From IMG/VR virus record IMGVR_UViG_3300033407_000038, positions 1-44,154 of that record: DNA of 44,154 nucleotides. One strand, written 5' to 3'. The stretch is from a virus. Lineage: Duplodnaviria > Caudoviricetes. The notes under the pieces are model-generated. The model worked only from the letters and a program-made list of their open reading frames with translations, ran no database searches and had not been told where the DNA came from. This document shows positions 33,501 through 42,800 of this stretch, one piece after another. Both the position numbers and the translations under genes were made by a program. Position 1 is the first letter of the stretch, and the number at the start of each line of letters is the position of its first letter.

Positions 33501-35280
33501 AGGTTTTCATTATGTCGTCTGCAGTCATTCCTTTTGTGCCACGGAGTATCTCAGCTTCTTTTACCATTGGGTCTGCTTCCTTTGGTGGTTGGGTGGGGAC
33601 TTCCTTTTTGGTTTCTTTAATGGGTTCTGCCTTTGATAAGGTTTTCTCCATCCGAATCATTCCATTCTCTTCTACAGCACCTTCCATTTGTGTATAACCT
33701 TGTTTTTCCCAGAAGCCAACTGATTCTGTAAATGCCGACATCTCAACTTTAGTTACACCTTTTGCAATCAGTTTTTGCTCTAGCTCCGCTACCACCTTAG
33801 TTCCTACCCCTTTATTCTGTGCTGATTTATCTAGTTCTATCGCCAGTCCAGCAGTTCCATCTGGTTTTATAGTTGCAACTGCGCTCTTTACCCCTGATTC
33901 TTTATTATCAATCTTAATAACTTCACGCTTAGCTTCTTCTTTTATTTCCACAGGCTTATATTCCTTACTAACCATCTCTGCTTGTAAACTTTTACCGTCC
34001 TCTGCAACTTTTACTAATATGTTTTGTTCTTCTTGCTTGGCTTGAACTGCCAACTTAACTACTTGTTTACCTTGTTTACTCTTGCCCAAATTATTATCTA
34101 TTACATAAGTCATGGCCTGATCTGGGGTCATTTCCCTGGTAGTTACAGCCTCGACTAATTGTGTTTCTTCAGGGGTTCTGGTTTCTGGAGATTTTTTTAT
34201 TGTTTCACTAACTTTTTTCTCCGCTTTTTCAACAACTTTATCTGGTTTACCCATAACCTGAGAGAAAGTTACCTCTGCAAATCCTCCTAAAATAAATCCG
34301 ACTAAGCCTGCTTCTGTGACGTTTTCAAACAAATCTTTATTCTCGTTATAAGTCATGGCAAGGGCGTTACCTATTATCTCTTGTATAGATTCTGTTATAC
34401 CCTCCCACCCCGACTGTTGAGCTATAGATACTAAGTTTTTAGATAAACTTCTAGAGAAAGCCTTTTTGAAGTTTTCTTTTGCTCCCTGTTTTAGCAGTCT
34501 TCCCATCGGCACATACTCCATCGCTCCTATAAGCACTCCCCCAATTTGAGACAAAGGTAATGCCTGAGAGTCTGTTAGTCCTTGTGATCTTGCCTCTCCA
34601 TAGACTTCACTAGACCCTAGACCGTAAGAACTAGTAAGACCGACTGTGGTAGCCAAGGAAGGACTCTTGGTTACTGCCAGGACTGCGGCACTCATCCCAA
34701 AACTAGTAAACATTTGAGGGAGGTTAAAAGCCGCCATTTCCAACAATCCCTGTAATCCTTTTGAAGGTTCGGTTGTTTCCGAGTATTCTTGTAGTTTGGC
34801 TTGTTTTTGAACAGTTCCAGCTTCTCTTAATGATAATGCCTTTTCTTTAACTTTTTCACCCGTTGCTTCTCGTGCTTCCTTGAGAGAGGGAGTGTAAAGT
34901 TGTTTTAACGGACTTAATCCTGGGATGTTGGCTACAGCCTGACCGACCCCAGTTGAGAAAAAATTGTCCATCATCTGAGATTGTTTTTGAAAACCGTCTA
35001 AAATGATTCCAGAAGCCTCTTTAACAGTCCCTGGAAGGGTTTTTGCTCCACCAACAAAGGCTTGACCCAGTTTTTTCAAGCTAAACCCAGTAAAGTATTC
35101 TGTCGCCTTGTTTTTTATGGTGTTTTTTATGACGTTTTTACCTACTTGGATAGCAACATCCTTGAATTGCGGTTGAGGTGTTTGTTTGGGGTAGAAAGTA
35201 TCGACTAAACTACCACCAACCAGAGACCCTGTTGGAGTGTTAGATTCCTGCTTTGGGAAAAAAGTATCTACTAGGGACAT
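30586..35280 (-). CDS. Large polyvalent/ejection protein containing a GNAT acetyltransferase domain
   Basis: 1564 aa; Gly/Ala-rich amphipathic N-terminal region (EGITESIQE); AQNKGVGTKVV...SVGFWEKQGY GNAT motifs; LPGG.NY.E...HW...EEIQSDW block. Confidence 0.75.
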   Translation of the reverse strand: MSLVDTFFPKQESNTPTGSLVGGSLVDTFYPKQTPQPQFKDVAIQVGKNVIKNTIKNKATEYFTGFSLKKLGQAFVGGAKTLPGTVKEASGIILDGFQKQSQMMDNFFSTGVGQAVANIPGLSPLKQLYTPSLKEAREATGEKVKEKALSLREAGTVQKQAKLQEYSETTEPSKGLQGLLEMAAFNLPQMFTSFGMSAAVLAVTKSPSLATTVGLTSSYGLGSSEVYGEARSQGLTDSQALPLSQIGGVLIGAMEYVPMGRLLKQGAKENFKKAFSRSLSKNLVSIAQQSGWEGITESIQEIIGNALAMTYNENKDLFENVTEAGLVGFILGGFAEVTFSQVMGKPDKVVEKAEKKVSETIKKSPETRTPEETQLVEAVTTREMTPDQAMTYVIDNNLGKSKQGKQVVKLAVQAKQEEQNILVKVAEDGKSLQAEMVSKEYKPVEIKEEAKREVIKIDNKESGVKSAVATIKPDGTAGLAIELDKSAQNKGVGTKVVAELEQKLIAKGVTKVEMSAFTESVGFWEKQGYTQMEGAVEENGMIRMEKTLSKAEPIKETKKEVPTQPPKEADPMVKEAEILRGTKGMTADDIMKTFPDIKLKRDVPATDVYGNKVKIPDGEVLTPYEMKGNKILLQDGETYIVSKSQFQNIKGQSTSKEVKEFAPELKGTEESVLGQNLDKVNTKSKYAIPEVLKIGKEWQGNADEALWLTLNNDGDAYRALTKKFPELANDESWAETVANDVFGTTQNVSQTRYSQFQLPGGKNYKEILIKAPTKLEGASRQANADKIAKELYGKTHRELWESGKMDEWNKVSDLNKTAYGNNFKSPHWDDPNVISHLRMNERTYKDKKVAFVEEIQSDWMNEGRKKGFGDSTKIQQLEKEAEQILQKAEGATDQERAKLDERLGQIRDEQRKLTSGIPFNPLLKKWQELTIKRALQEAVNSDAKYLSWINGEQTSARYNLATQVESVDWTGSKTNRVVKIQPKEGSRTIEFQTKEDGTIYTAGAGTPEAWIGKKLDEVLGKGLADKIMEKKSGTLSGEGLKFGGEWASNLYDKQIPNIVKDLTGGKVEVLDLGLPIEKGQTRFIQQSGRDVGGVLSQGDLKVGLVVHRSGAGEYIITEVLGDGKFKALPKDKLRSVDSVGTALVADGTYKAITTGTQKRYYAVEALESFDITQKTTTQQGIEITPEIKARVKGEAPDFKASGKQFETQPPKGVGEVTTEEQGFDLKTMSKESREQMILVSEALKSGDVEAAKSIYEDIPTPKPTFEQIQSGQKNLEKISRTPYRGEIGKLEKQIDELIGFDGGSGNYKKAYAQRESVLKQAKLAAPPEVIKELDKLENALADLRNARESLEQIKEGVKGINKPSLGTTQINEIKNIVQGAKKVLKPVGRGAKKTSKLAIGIEAKAIEKQLTADFGDLPQYRRVSMKDQAKRAVELVNKDADKARRISLGEVNPPSGLLPESVLIALEDKALAEGNVNLLRELSNSELTTEATAMGQRIRTLGERDPDSAIVRIREVTRARQDAIERKRGKPIDKLIDEETANIKRSVKPPTKGAWGNFINSIEC

Positions 35281-36374
35281 TATTCCCCCTTTGCTTTTTC
35301 GTACAGTGCCTTAATTTCTGCTGGGTCTTCATTTGGCTGTGATGCTCCAGTAGCCAAATATGCTTTGTATATTGCTTCAAGTGTCATTGAAGTAGCATAC
35401 TTAACCACTAATTGTGGAAAAATTCCTTTCCAACCAGTATCACTATTATATGCTTGGGTATTAGCAACGTCGGCTGTAAACTGGGCTGTAGAACTTCCAC
35501 CTTGAACATTACCGATTATTCCCAAACTCTGTTTGTTTACCATCTCTCCAGTATTACCATCTATAGCCACCGCCCAAACCTCTCCATTTTCAGCAGTGAA
35601 AGTTTGTACGCCAACATTCTTGTTTTTAAGGTTGTTGGCTTCTATGGCGCTGTAGATCATACTACTTGGTATGCCTGTACTCATGGTTAATTGGGCAATA
35701 GACTCAGGGCTTGCTCCATTTAGCGCCCCTAGTTGCAAAAGGGTATTAAATTGGTCTAGGGATTGTTTGGAGGCTTGTGAGTCTAGGTCAAACTGCTTCA
35801 ACTGTAAATTAAGTTGCATTTCAACGTCTGCTTTCTTAGTAACCAGATCTTTCTGAATGTTAGCAATACTGGCGTTATACTGTTGTTCTAGTTTGGCTAT
35901 CCTTCCAACTCTTGTAGCCTCAGATAAAAATGGGTTGTCGTTAATATTAGAAGTAGCTTCTATGTAAGCCTTTTCTTTTGCTGACAAATCTGCTTCTAGG
36001 TCTGAAATACCAGCCTTGGAATATAAATCCTGATACAGTGATTGAAGGTTGGGGGTATTGGTCGCTCCAAATCCAGATCCAAAGCTACCCGTTCCTGATG
36101 TTCCAGTACCCGTAGTGCCTGCACTACCATATAATTGATTCTGTTTGTTTAGGTAGTCTTGAAATTGTTGTGGGGTAACTCCCTGCTGTGCGGCTGATTG
36201 GGCATTGACCTCTGGTGATACGGTTTGACCTGCGCCTACCTGTGGTGATCCAGAGTGAATAGCTCCAGCAGTAGGAGCAAAAGAACCACCATAATACTGA
36301 AATCCAGAATACCATCCTAGATCTTTGAATCCGCCTTCTGGTGCTAGCGCCCCACTGGGGTCTTTTAGTGCCAT
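35280..36374 (-). CDS. Putative ejection/internal virion protein
   Basis: G/Q/T-rich N-terminus and coiled coil, between the tail adaptor and the large ejection proteins. Confidence 0.6.
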   Translation of the reverse strand: MALKDPSGALAPEGGFKDLGWYSGFQYYGGSFAPTAGAIHSGSPQVGAGQTVSPEVNAQSAAQQGVTPQQFQDYLNKQNQLYGSAGTTGTGTSGTGSFGSGFGATNTPNLQSLYQDLYSKAGISDLEADLSAKEKAYIEATSNINDNPFLSEATRVGRIAKLEQQYNASIANIQKDLVTKKADVEMQLNLQLKQFDLDSQASKQSLDQFNTLLQLGALNGASPESIAQLTMSTGIPSSMIYSAIEANNLKNKNVGVQTFTAENGEVWAVAIDGNTGEMVNKQSLGIIGNVQGGSSTAQFTADVANTQAYNSDTGWKGIFPQLVVKYATSMTLEAIYKAYLATGASQPNEDPAEIKALYEKAKGE

Positions 36375-36375
36375 A

Positions 36376-37092
36376 CTAGAACTGTCCTATCTTGTTTTTA
36401 ACTGCGTCTGCACTGTTTCCGAATAAATCAGGTACATCAAAGAATGGTTGGGTTTTTTCATATTTCCCTTGTTGTTTCTGTATTTTACCCCACGCTACGA
36501 TTAAAATCTGTTTAGCTTCTGTGCTTCTGAATTGACTGGAGTTTTCGTTTTCGCCTTTTGATTTAAGAATCGCTACGGCTTCTAAAACTATAGCCTCGTT
36601 TCCTTCAGGCATAGAGTAAGAAAATATAGTCACATCTCCGTCATTAGATAAGGAATCTGGGACTCTTTGACCCCACACGTGTATATTATTATCCCCGTTG
36701 GTAGTAGGTACAGGATAAATAAAAAACCTTCTCTTTTGAGTTGACCATTTCTTAGTGGTGCTACTGGCGTTGTTGGGATCATTCCGCCATTGTAGATAAT
36801 CATTCCAGTTCATCGGGCTTCCATCTGGTGTTTCGCCGTATTGATCACCGTCCATTTCTACTCTTGCAACACTATCTGATCTCCAAGTTTGGGGATAATC
36901 GTAGTATTCTTGTCCCGATTCAGAAGAGGTTTTCTTGGCGTCTTCAAGTTCTGGCCAGTTAAAAAAGGATGAAGATTTAATATAAGCTCTGTTTATAGCT
37001 CTTTTTATAATGTTGGGTGTAAAAAGCGAGCTATTAGCATCAACTGTTAGGTCGTCTTGGACTGCTTGTATTAGGTCTGAGAATAGGTTCAT
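36376..37092 (-). CDS. Head-tail adaptor / tail tubular A-like protein
   Basis: IKRAINRAY, GQEYYDYP, FFIYPVPT pattern; size and position. Confidence 0.7.
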   Translation of the reverse strand: MNLFSDLIQAVQDDLTVDANSSLFTPNIIKRAINRAYIKSSSFFNWPELEDAKKTSSESGQEYYDYPQTWRSDSVARVEMDGDQYGETPDGSPMNWNDYLQWRNDPNNASSTTKKWSTQKRRFFIYPVPTTNGDNNIHVWGQRVPDSLSNDGDVTIFSYSMPEGNEAIVLEAVAILKSKGENENSSQFRSTEAKQILIVAWGKIQKQQGKYEKTQPFFDVPDLFGNSADAVKNKIGQF

Positions 37093-37098
37093 AGCTTT

Positions 37099-37128
37099 AT
37101 GTTAGTTAAAATAGTTGTTTCAAGGCAA
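37099..37128 (-). promoter_or_regulatory. Promoter TTGCCT-N18-TAACAT-N6-ATG
   Basis: Recurrent motif class. Confidence 0.62.
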
Positions 37129-37129
37129 G

Positions 37130-38074
37130 TTATATGGCATAAATTTTGAAATATAAGTCCTGTACACTTATAATATCGTATGGTGGATCATCGTAAGAAG
37201 TTTCGCCCCAGATTTCCCACTCGTCATTCTGTTCATTGTAAGAGACTGCGTCTCCTTGCTGGTAAAATCCTCCAGATGTTTTATACGGTACTGGATATGT
37301 GTCATAATCTATCTCATCGAGATCAGCATTGTAAGACACCAAGAAAACATAATATGGACCGTTGTCTTCTCTTTGAGGATTATCCTCATACAAAATAAAG
37401 TAATATTTTTGACCTGATAACAGTTTTGTTGTACCTAAAAATTGAAAATTAGTATCTACAAAATATGTCAGTGATATTCCACCACTTAAATATGATGGGG
37501 TTTCAAGCTCCGCCGCTTGAAACGAGGTTGTTGAAACTTCTAAGATATTTCCTGGAGTCCCATTATTGTCGTCATATAGTGCCATTTTTAATATATCTGT
37601 AGAGTGGTAATCTTTAGCATTAAAATAAGTATTTACTTTAACTGATATTTGATATAGGTAGCCAGAACTAGTTGGTATAAAAGACTGTCCAAATTTGTCT
37701 ATATCAGTATTAGGATTCGTTCTAAAGAAATGCAAAGACCAAAGATGTGATTTGAATAACTGTGGTTCTTCTGAAAATACCTTGTATTGTGATGAAAATG
37801 AGTTCTGGGCAACAATAGTTGATGAATTTATACCACCCAATTGACCAAAACTTCCAAAAGAAAAGTTACCGTTTATTTGTCCATTGATTGTGTTCAAGGC
37901 AGAACTGTTTAATTCATTCGCAACTGTCTTATAAGGAAATTGTTGGTCTTTTATAGTTGGTGGTCTAAATACTCCACCGCCAGTTTTTTGTTTACTAGAA
38001 AAGTCAAGAGTCCCTGTGTCCCCTGGATATGATATTTCTGAAATAGTTTCTGTTGTGTATTTTTTGTCTGCCAT
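37130..38074 (-). CDS. Tail-associated protein with a beta-sandwich (choice-of-anchor-R-like) domain; possible receptor-binding protein
   Basis: FGQSFIP...LYDDNNGTPGNIL...LLSGQKYYFIL...DLYFKIY; visibly more AT-rich than its neighbours. Confidence 0.6.
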   Translation of the reverse strand: MADKKYTTETISEISYPGDTGTLDFSSKQKTGGGVFRPPTIKDQQFPYKTVANELNSSALNTINGQINGNFSFGSFGQLGGINSSTIVAQNSFSSQYKVFSEEPQLFKSHLWSLHFFRTNPNTDIDKFGQSFIPTSSGYLYQISVKVNTYFNAKDYHSTDILKMALYDDNNGTPGNILEVSTTSFQAAELETPSYLSGGISLTYFVDTNFQFLGTTKLLSGQKYYFILYEDNPQREDNGPYYVFLVSYNADLDEIDYDTYPVPYKTSGGFYQQGDAVSYNEQNDEWEIWGETSYDDPPYDIISVQDLYFKIYAI

Positions 38075-38075
38075 A

Positions 38076-39845
38076 TCAATTAAAGAACATTTCTATTTTA
38101 TGTACCTCTATATCCTGGTTTCCAATCGGGGTTAAAATCAGTCTAAGTTCAATTACATCAGCATTAGCTCCTATCGAGAATATAGCTTTACTACCACCAA
38201 CTGTGGTGTAACTAGTTTCCCCATCTACCAGTGCTTGATTCCAATCACCCGTTTTATCTAGCTTATAGTACATCTGTATTGAAGCTCCAGAAGGCAAGGG
38301 TTCACAGAAAATCTCTGCATATTTCCAGTTAGTTATATTGATGGGCATTTTAGCTGGAGCTTTCAAATCTAGACTCTCATATGTACCCTGGGCTTTGTTG
38401 TTTGGATCATAAGCTAATACCCCATATTCTCCATCAGTTTCATAGCTTGCCAGAATAGTTCCGTTGGCGTTGGTTATTGCTCCAATCTCATCTACATCCA
38501 TTTTGTACTCTAAGTTCATAACAAATGGGTGGTTTTTGTTTCTTCTTCCGTAGCTGTATATTCCGTTCCTGTCTGTATCAGCGTTCCAAACTCCAAACAG
38601 TGCCATATTAGACACCGACTGTTTATCAATCCAACTTAAGGCATCCTGTTCCCACTCAAAAAAGCCTATATCGTCTATTTCATTCGTAACTCCCCCAGGA
38701 TTTACTTGACCGCCTCCAGGGAATCTTCTTACAGGCACTGTGTTTATCATGTCTGAGAAAAAGATCTCTCCATCCGTACCACGTTGGGCAAGAGGCACTT
38801 CAGAGTCTACCGCCCCATTTATTCCTGTATCTGGATCTGAAGCTCTAACCGTACCGATTATGGATCTACCTTTTCTCTCCACAATAGTTTTTGCAATATT
38901 ACCTGGGATAAGATCTAAGGCTTCATTGGTATACGATTCATCATATCCAACTAGTGCTAAAAAGTTAGAATTAGCAATTATTAAAGCTCCACCTGCTTCT
39001 CTCATCGTATGCCAGTCTGCCGATGTTAAGTTGGTTTTAGGCCACCCAGAGTCAGCGTCTACATCATCCCAATTATCAAGTCCTGGTAGTTCCTTTCTGT
39101 GTAGGGTTGTGTCAGTTGCCCAGTATAAATACTTTTTGCCTGTGTTGGCGTACCATTCAGCAGCACCCGTTATTTTCCCAGTATCTTGATAAACCACTTG
39201 CCACGATTCAGCGCTTAAATGCCTTTTATAAATATAACCAGCATCCCCAAAACCATAAACATATCCGTCACTTTTTGACTTAACAAACCATAAAATAAGA
39301 TCACTGAATGTAGTTAAAGCTCCCAACGACACACTAGGGCTAATTGAAGCAGAGGGTGAGACAGAAGCCGACGGCGAAGTTGAAGCGCTTCCACTCGCTG
39401 AACCCGAGGCTGATGGTGAAAGACTTGGTGATTCAGATGCAGATGGGCTTTGTGAAGCACTAGGAGACAAAGAAGCCGATGGGCTTATACTCTCTGAAGC
39501 TGAAGGGGATTGGCTAGCAGAGGCGGAAGAAGAGGCGCTTGCGGAGGGACTTTGTGACTTTGAAGGACTAGCAGAGGCTGATCTAGAGGGTGACTGACTT
39601 TTACTGGGTGATGAACTGGCGGAAGCTGATGGACTTAGTGAAGGGCTGGGAGACACACTAGGAGAAATAGAGGGCAAATCTTCACCCTCTCTAATGTCCT
39701 CATCAACTAAATCCTGATTCAGAGATAGGGAATCTTTGGTCTTTCTTATATTAAGGTTAGATCCAAACTTAAAAGCACCTTCAATACCTTTATCCTCGTA
39801 GTCGGATATTCCCCCTCTGAATTGTGTTATTTCGTAAATTGGCAT
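38076..39845 (-). CDS. Tail nozzle / DNA stabilisation protein (P22 gp10 / tubular B-like) with an inserted ~115-aa Ser-rich tract
   Basis: ITQFRGGISD N-terminus, beta-propeller-like body; SPSASQSPS tract at about aa 58-172. Confidence 0.65.
   Translation of the reverse strand: MPIYEITQFRGGISDYEDKGIEGAFKFGSNLNIRKTKDSLSLNQDLVDEDIREGEDLPSISPSVSPSPSLSPSASASSSPSKSQSPSRSASASPSKSQSPSASASSSASASQSPSASESISPSASLSPSASQSPSASESPSLSPSASGSASGSASTSPSASVSPSASISPSVSLGALTTFSDLILWFVKSKSDGYVYGFGDAGYIYKRHLSAESWQVVYQDTGKITGAAEWYANTGKKYLYWATDTTLHRKELPGLDNWDDVDADSGWPKTNLTSADWHTMREAGGALIIANSNFLALVGYDESYTNEALDLIPGNIAKTIVERKGRSIIGTVRASDPDTGINGAVDSEVPLAQRGTDGEIFFSDMINTVPVRRFPGGGQVNPGGVTNEIDDIGFFEWEQDALSWIDKQSVSNMALFGVWNADTDRNGIYSYGRRNKNHPFVMNLEYKMDVDEIGAITNANGTILASYETDGEYGVLAYDPNNKAQGTYESLDLKAPAKMPINITNWKYAEIFCEPLPSGASIQMYYKLDKTGDWNQALVDGETSYTTVGGSKAIFSIGANADVIELRLILTPIGNQDIEVHKIEMFFN
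39330..39675 (-). repeat. Coding Ser-x repeat tract 2
   Basis: [18 protein letters not shown]... Confidence 0.95.
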
Positions 39846-39851
39846 AATTTT

Positions 39852-39881
39852 ATTTTAATTACTAATGTTGTTCTAAGGCAA
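39852..39881 (-). promoter_or_regulatory. Promoter TTGCCT-N18-TAAAAT-N6-ATG
   Basis: Recurrent motif class. Confidence 0.65.
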
Positions 39882-42800
39882 TTCAGTCCAGTCTGTGTAT
39901 TTGTCAGCATATAAATTACCAGTAACATTATATTTATCGGTGAATGCATTACCTTGGTCATCGTATTTTGTGACATAGACCGTTGCCTGTTCAACATATA
40001 TGTCTACATAACTAGCAGGGGATAAGGATGGACTGGCGCTAGAACTAGGGGAAACAGAAGCTGATGGGGAAAGGGAAGCTGATACAGATGGGCTGGGTGA
40101 TATCGACTGACTTTGACTGGCTGACCCAGAAGGACTCCCAGAACCCAAAGAGGGACTAACTGATGCTGATGGTGACAAAGAAGCAGAGGGGGACTGTGAT
40201 GCTGATTCGCTAGCACTTACTGATGCAGAACCAGAGGCACTGGGGCTTAATGAGGCAGACGGGGATTGTGATTGACTCTCACTTGCACTAGGACTTAATG
40301 AAGCAGAGGGTGATTGAGATTTGCTCTCTGATGGAGAAGGACTAACAGAAGCCGAGGCTGAAGCGCTTGGTGAAAGAGACGGTGACTCGCTTGCGCTTGG
40401 CGATAAAGAAGCAGAAGGACTCAATGAGGCTGATGCTGAACTACTTGGAGATTGGGAGGCACTCGGTGACTGACTGGCTGATTCAGAAGCTGATGGACTC
40501 AAACTAGCACTGGGGGATTGTGATTTTGATTCAGAGGCAGATGCAGAAGCCGATTCACTAGCAGAAGGACTTTGGGAGGCCGAGGGAGACAAACTTGCAC
40601 TAGGACTCTGTGATGGTGATTCACTACCTTCTGACGGTGAGACACTAGCACTCTCAGAGGCAGAGGCTGAGGCACTAGCTGAGGCGCTTGGTGATTGAGA
40701 AGCGCTTGGGGATTGGGATGCACTAGCACTGGCTGAAGGACTTTGACTGGCAGATGGACTGACAGACGCACTAGCACTAGCCGATGGGCTTTGAGAAGCG
40801 GAAGGGCTTAAAGAAGCGCTTTCTGATGCAGAGGGTGATTGTGAAGCGCTGGGACTAATAGAGGGGGATTCAGAAGATGATGGACTAAGAGAGGCGCTTG
40901 GGGACTGACTTGCGCTGGCACTGGCTGACGGACTGAGAGATGCCGAAGGGGATAGGCTTGGTGATTCGCTTGGACTTTCGCTTGCACTTGCAGAGGCACT
41001 CGCACTAGCACTACCAGAGGCCGAGGCGCTGGCGGAGGGTGACAGGGAGGCACTCGGACTGAGAGAGGCGCTTGCACTATCAGAGGGAGATAATGAAGCA
41101 GACGGTGAAAGTGACGGTGATTCTGAAGCGCTTGAACTTGCTGAAGCCGAAGCACTAGGAGATTGACTGGCGGAAGGGGATTGAGACGCACTGGGTGACA
41201 GGCTTGCACTAGGACTCAAAGACGCAGAGGGGCTTAATGATGGTGATTCAGACGCTGAAGCGGATGCACTGGCGGAAGCACTGGCAGAGGCAGAAGCTGA
41301 GGCAGACGGACTTAATGAAGCGCTTGGGGATTGGGATGCAGAAGCACTTGCACTAGGTGACAAACTTGCACTGGGACTCAACGAAGGACTCTCACTAGCA
41401 CTAGGTGACAACGAGGCTGAAGGTGACACGCTGGGTGACTCCGAAGCGCTCGGTGACTGGGAAGCAGATGGACTCAAAGACGCAGAAGGAGACAAAGATG
41501 CCGATGGTGACAATGAAGCTGATCCTGCAAGTGACTTTAATTCAACTGCCAGTCCCACTACATTAGCAGTAGAGAAAGACCAGTCTACTGAGGTGTCATT
41601 GGTATTCTTAAACTGGGTTTGTAATGCAAAGTTTTCAGCAATACTAGTATCACCCAATTCTGTAAAACCAGTACCAGGAGTAATACCAGCATTAAGGTTT
41701 GTTCCAACTGTACCAAAAGTTGCGTTTAACAAGTGTGAGAAAGCCCCCAATGTTACCGCTAAAGAAGTTACACCAGTTCCAGAATTTCTATCTGATTGGA
41801 CAATAGCATTTTCTGCATTATTGGTGGTGTTAGCTCCCGTCAAGTCTATATCACCAGATATGGTTACAAAAGACCTTAAACACATTGTTTGAGTTTGACC
41901 AGCAAAATCAATCAGGAAATTAGCTGTACTGTCTTTGTTGATATAGGCTCTATGGAGGGATATTTTCCTATTACCAATTGTCTGAGTGTCTATGACAGTA
42001 AATGGAGTATTGTCAGTTCCTACGTCCCAGGTAACGGTTGGAGTATTTGAGACTCCTGAAGCACCAGTTGACATGATGGACGCTAAAACAAGCGTACCCT
42101 CGGTAACACCACTCCCAGATGATATAGAATAACTCGAATCGTCTGAGGTAGTACCAGTAGTGAGAATATGAGTTGCTGTTATTCCCGAACCTGCACTAAA
42201 TGAAGCTGATGGACTAAGAGATGCACTTGGACTTAAACTGGCGCTGGGTGAAAGACTGGCTGAAGCGGAAGCCGATGGACTCTGACTGGCTGATGGGCTT
42301 TGAGATCTGCTTTCGCTAGCAGAAGCACTTGCACTTGCCGAAGCCGATGGACTCTGGGAAGCAGATGGGCTTAGGGAGGCCGATGGACTTAGAGAAGGAC
42401 TCTCACTCGGACTCTCCGAAGCTGAAGCACTGGCAGACGAAGAAGCGCTAGCACTAGCTGAGGGACTCTGTGAGTCTGAAGGCGACTGGGACGCACTTGC
42501 TGACGAAGAAGGTGATAAGGAAGCGCTAGGACTAATTGATGGTGATTCAGATGCTGATGGGCTAAGAGAGGCGCTGGGAGATTGGCTCGCACTGGCGCTG
42601 GCAGAGGGGCTTTGAGAAGCAGAAGGACTTAGAGATTTAGATTCACTTGCAGACGGGGATAAAGAGGCTGATGGACTCTGGGAAGCAGAAGCACTAGCTG
42701 ATTCTGATGCAGAAGCGGAGGCAGATGGAGATTGACTGGCACTTGGAGATAATGAAGCGCTTGGTGACAATGAAGGTGATACGGATGATGATCCTCCACC

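Noticed and set aside
40015-42795. CRISPR array or DGR template/variable repeats
   Set aside because: The repeats are degenerate coding repeats with no constant repeat-spacer pattern; no cas or reverse transcriptase gene is seen.
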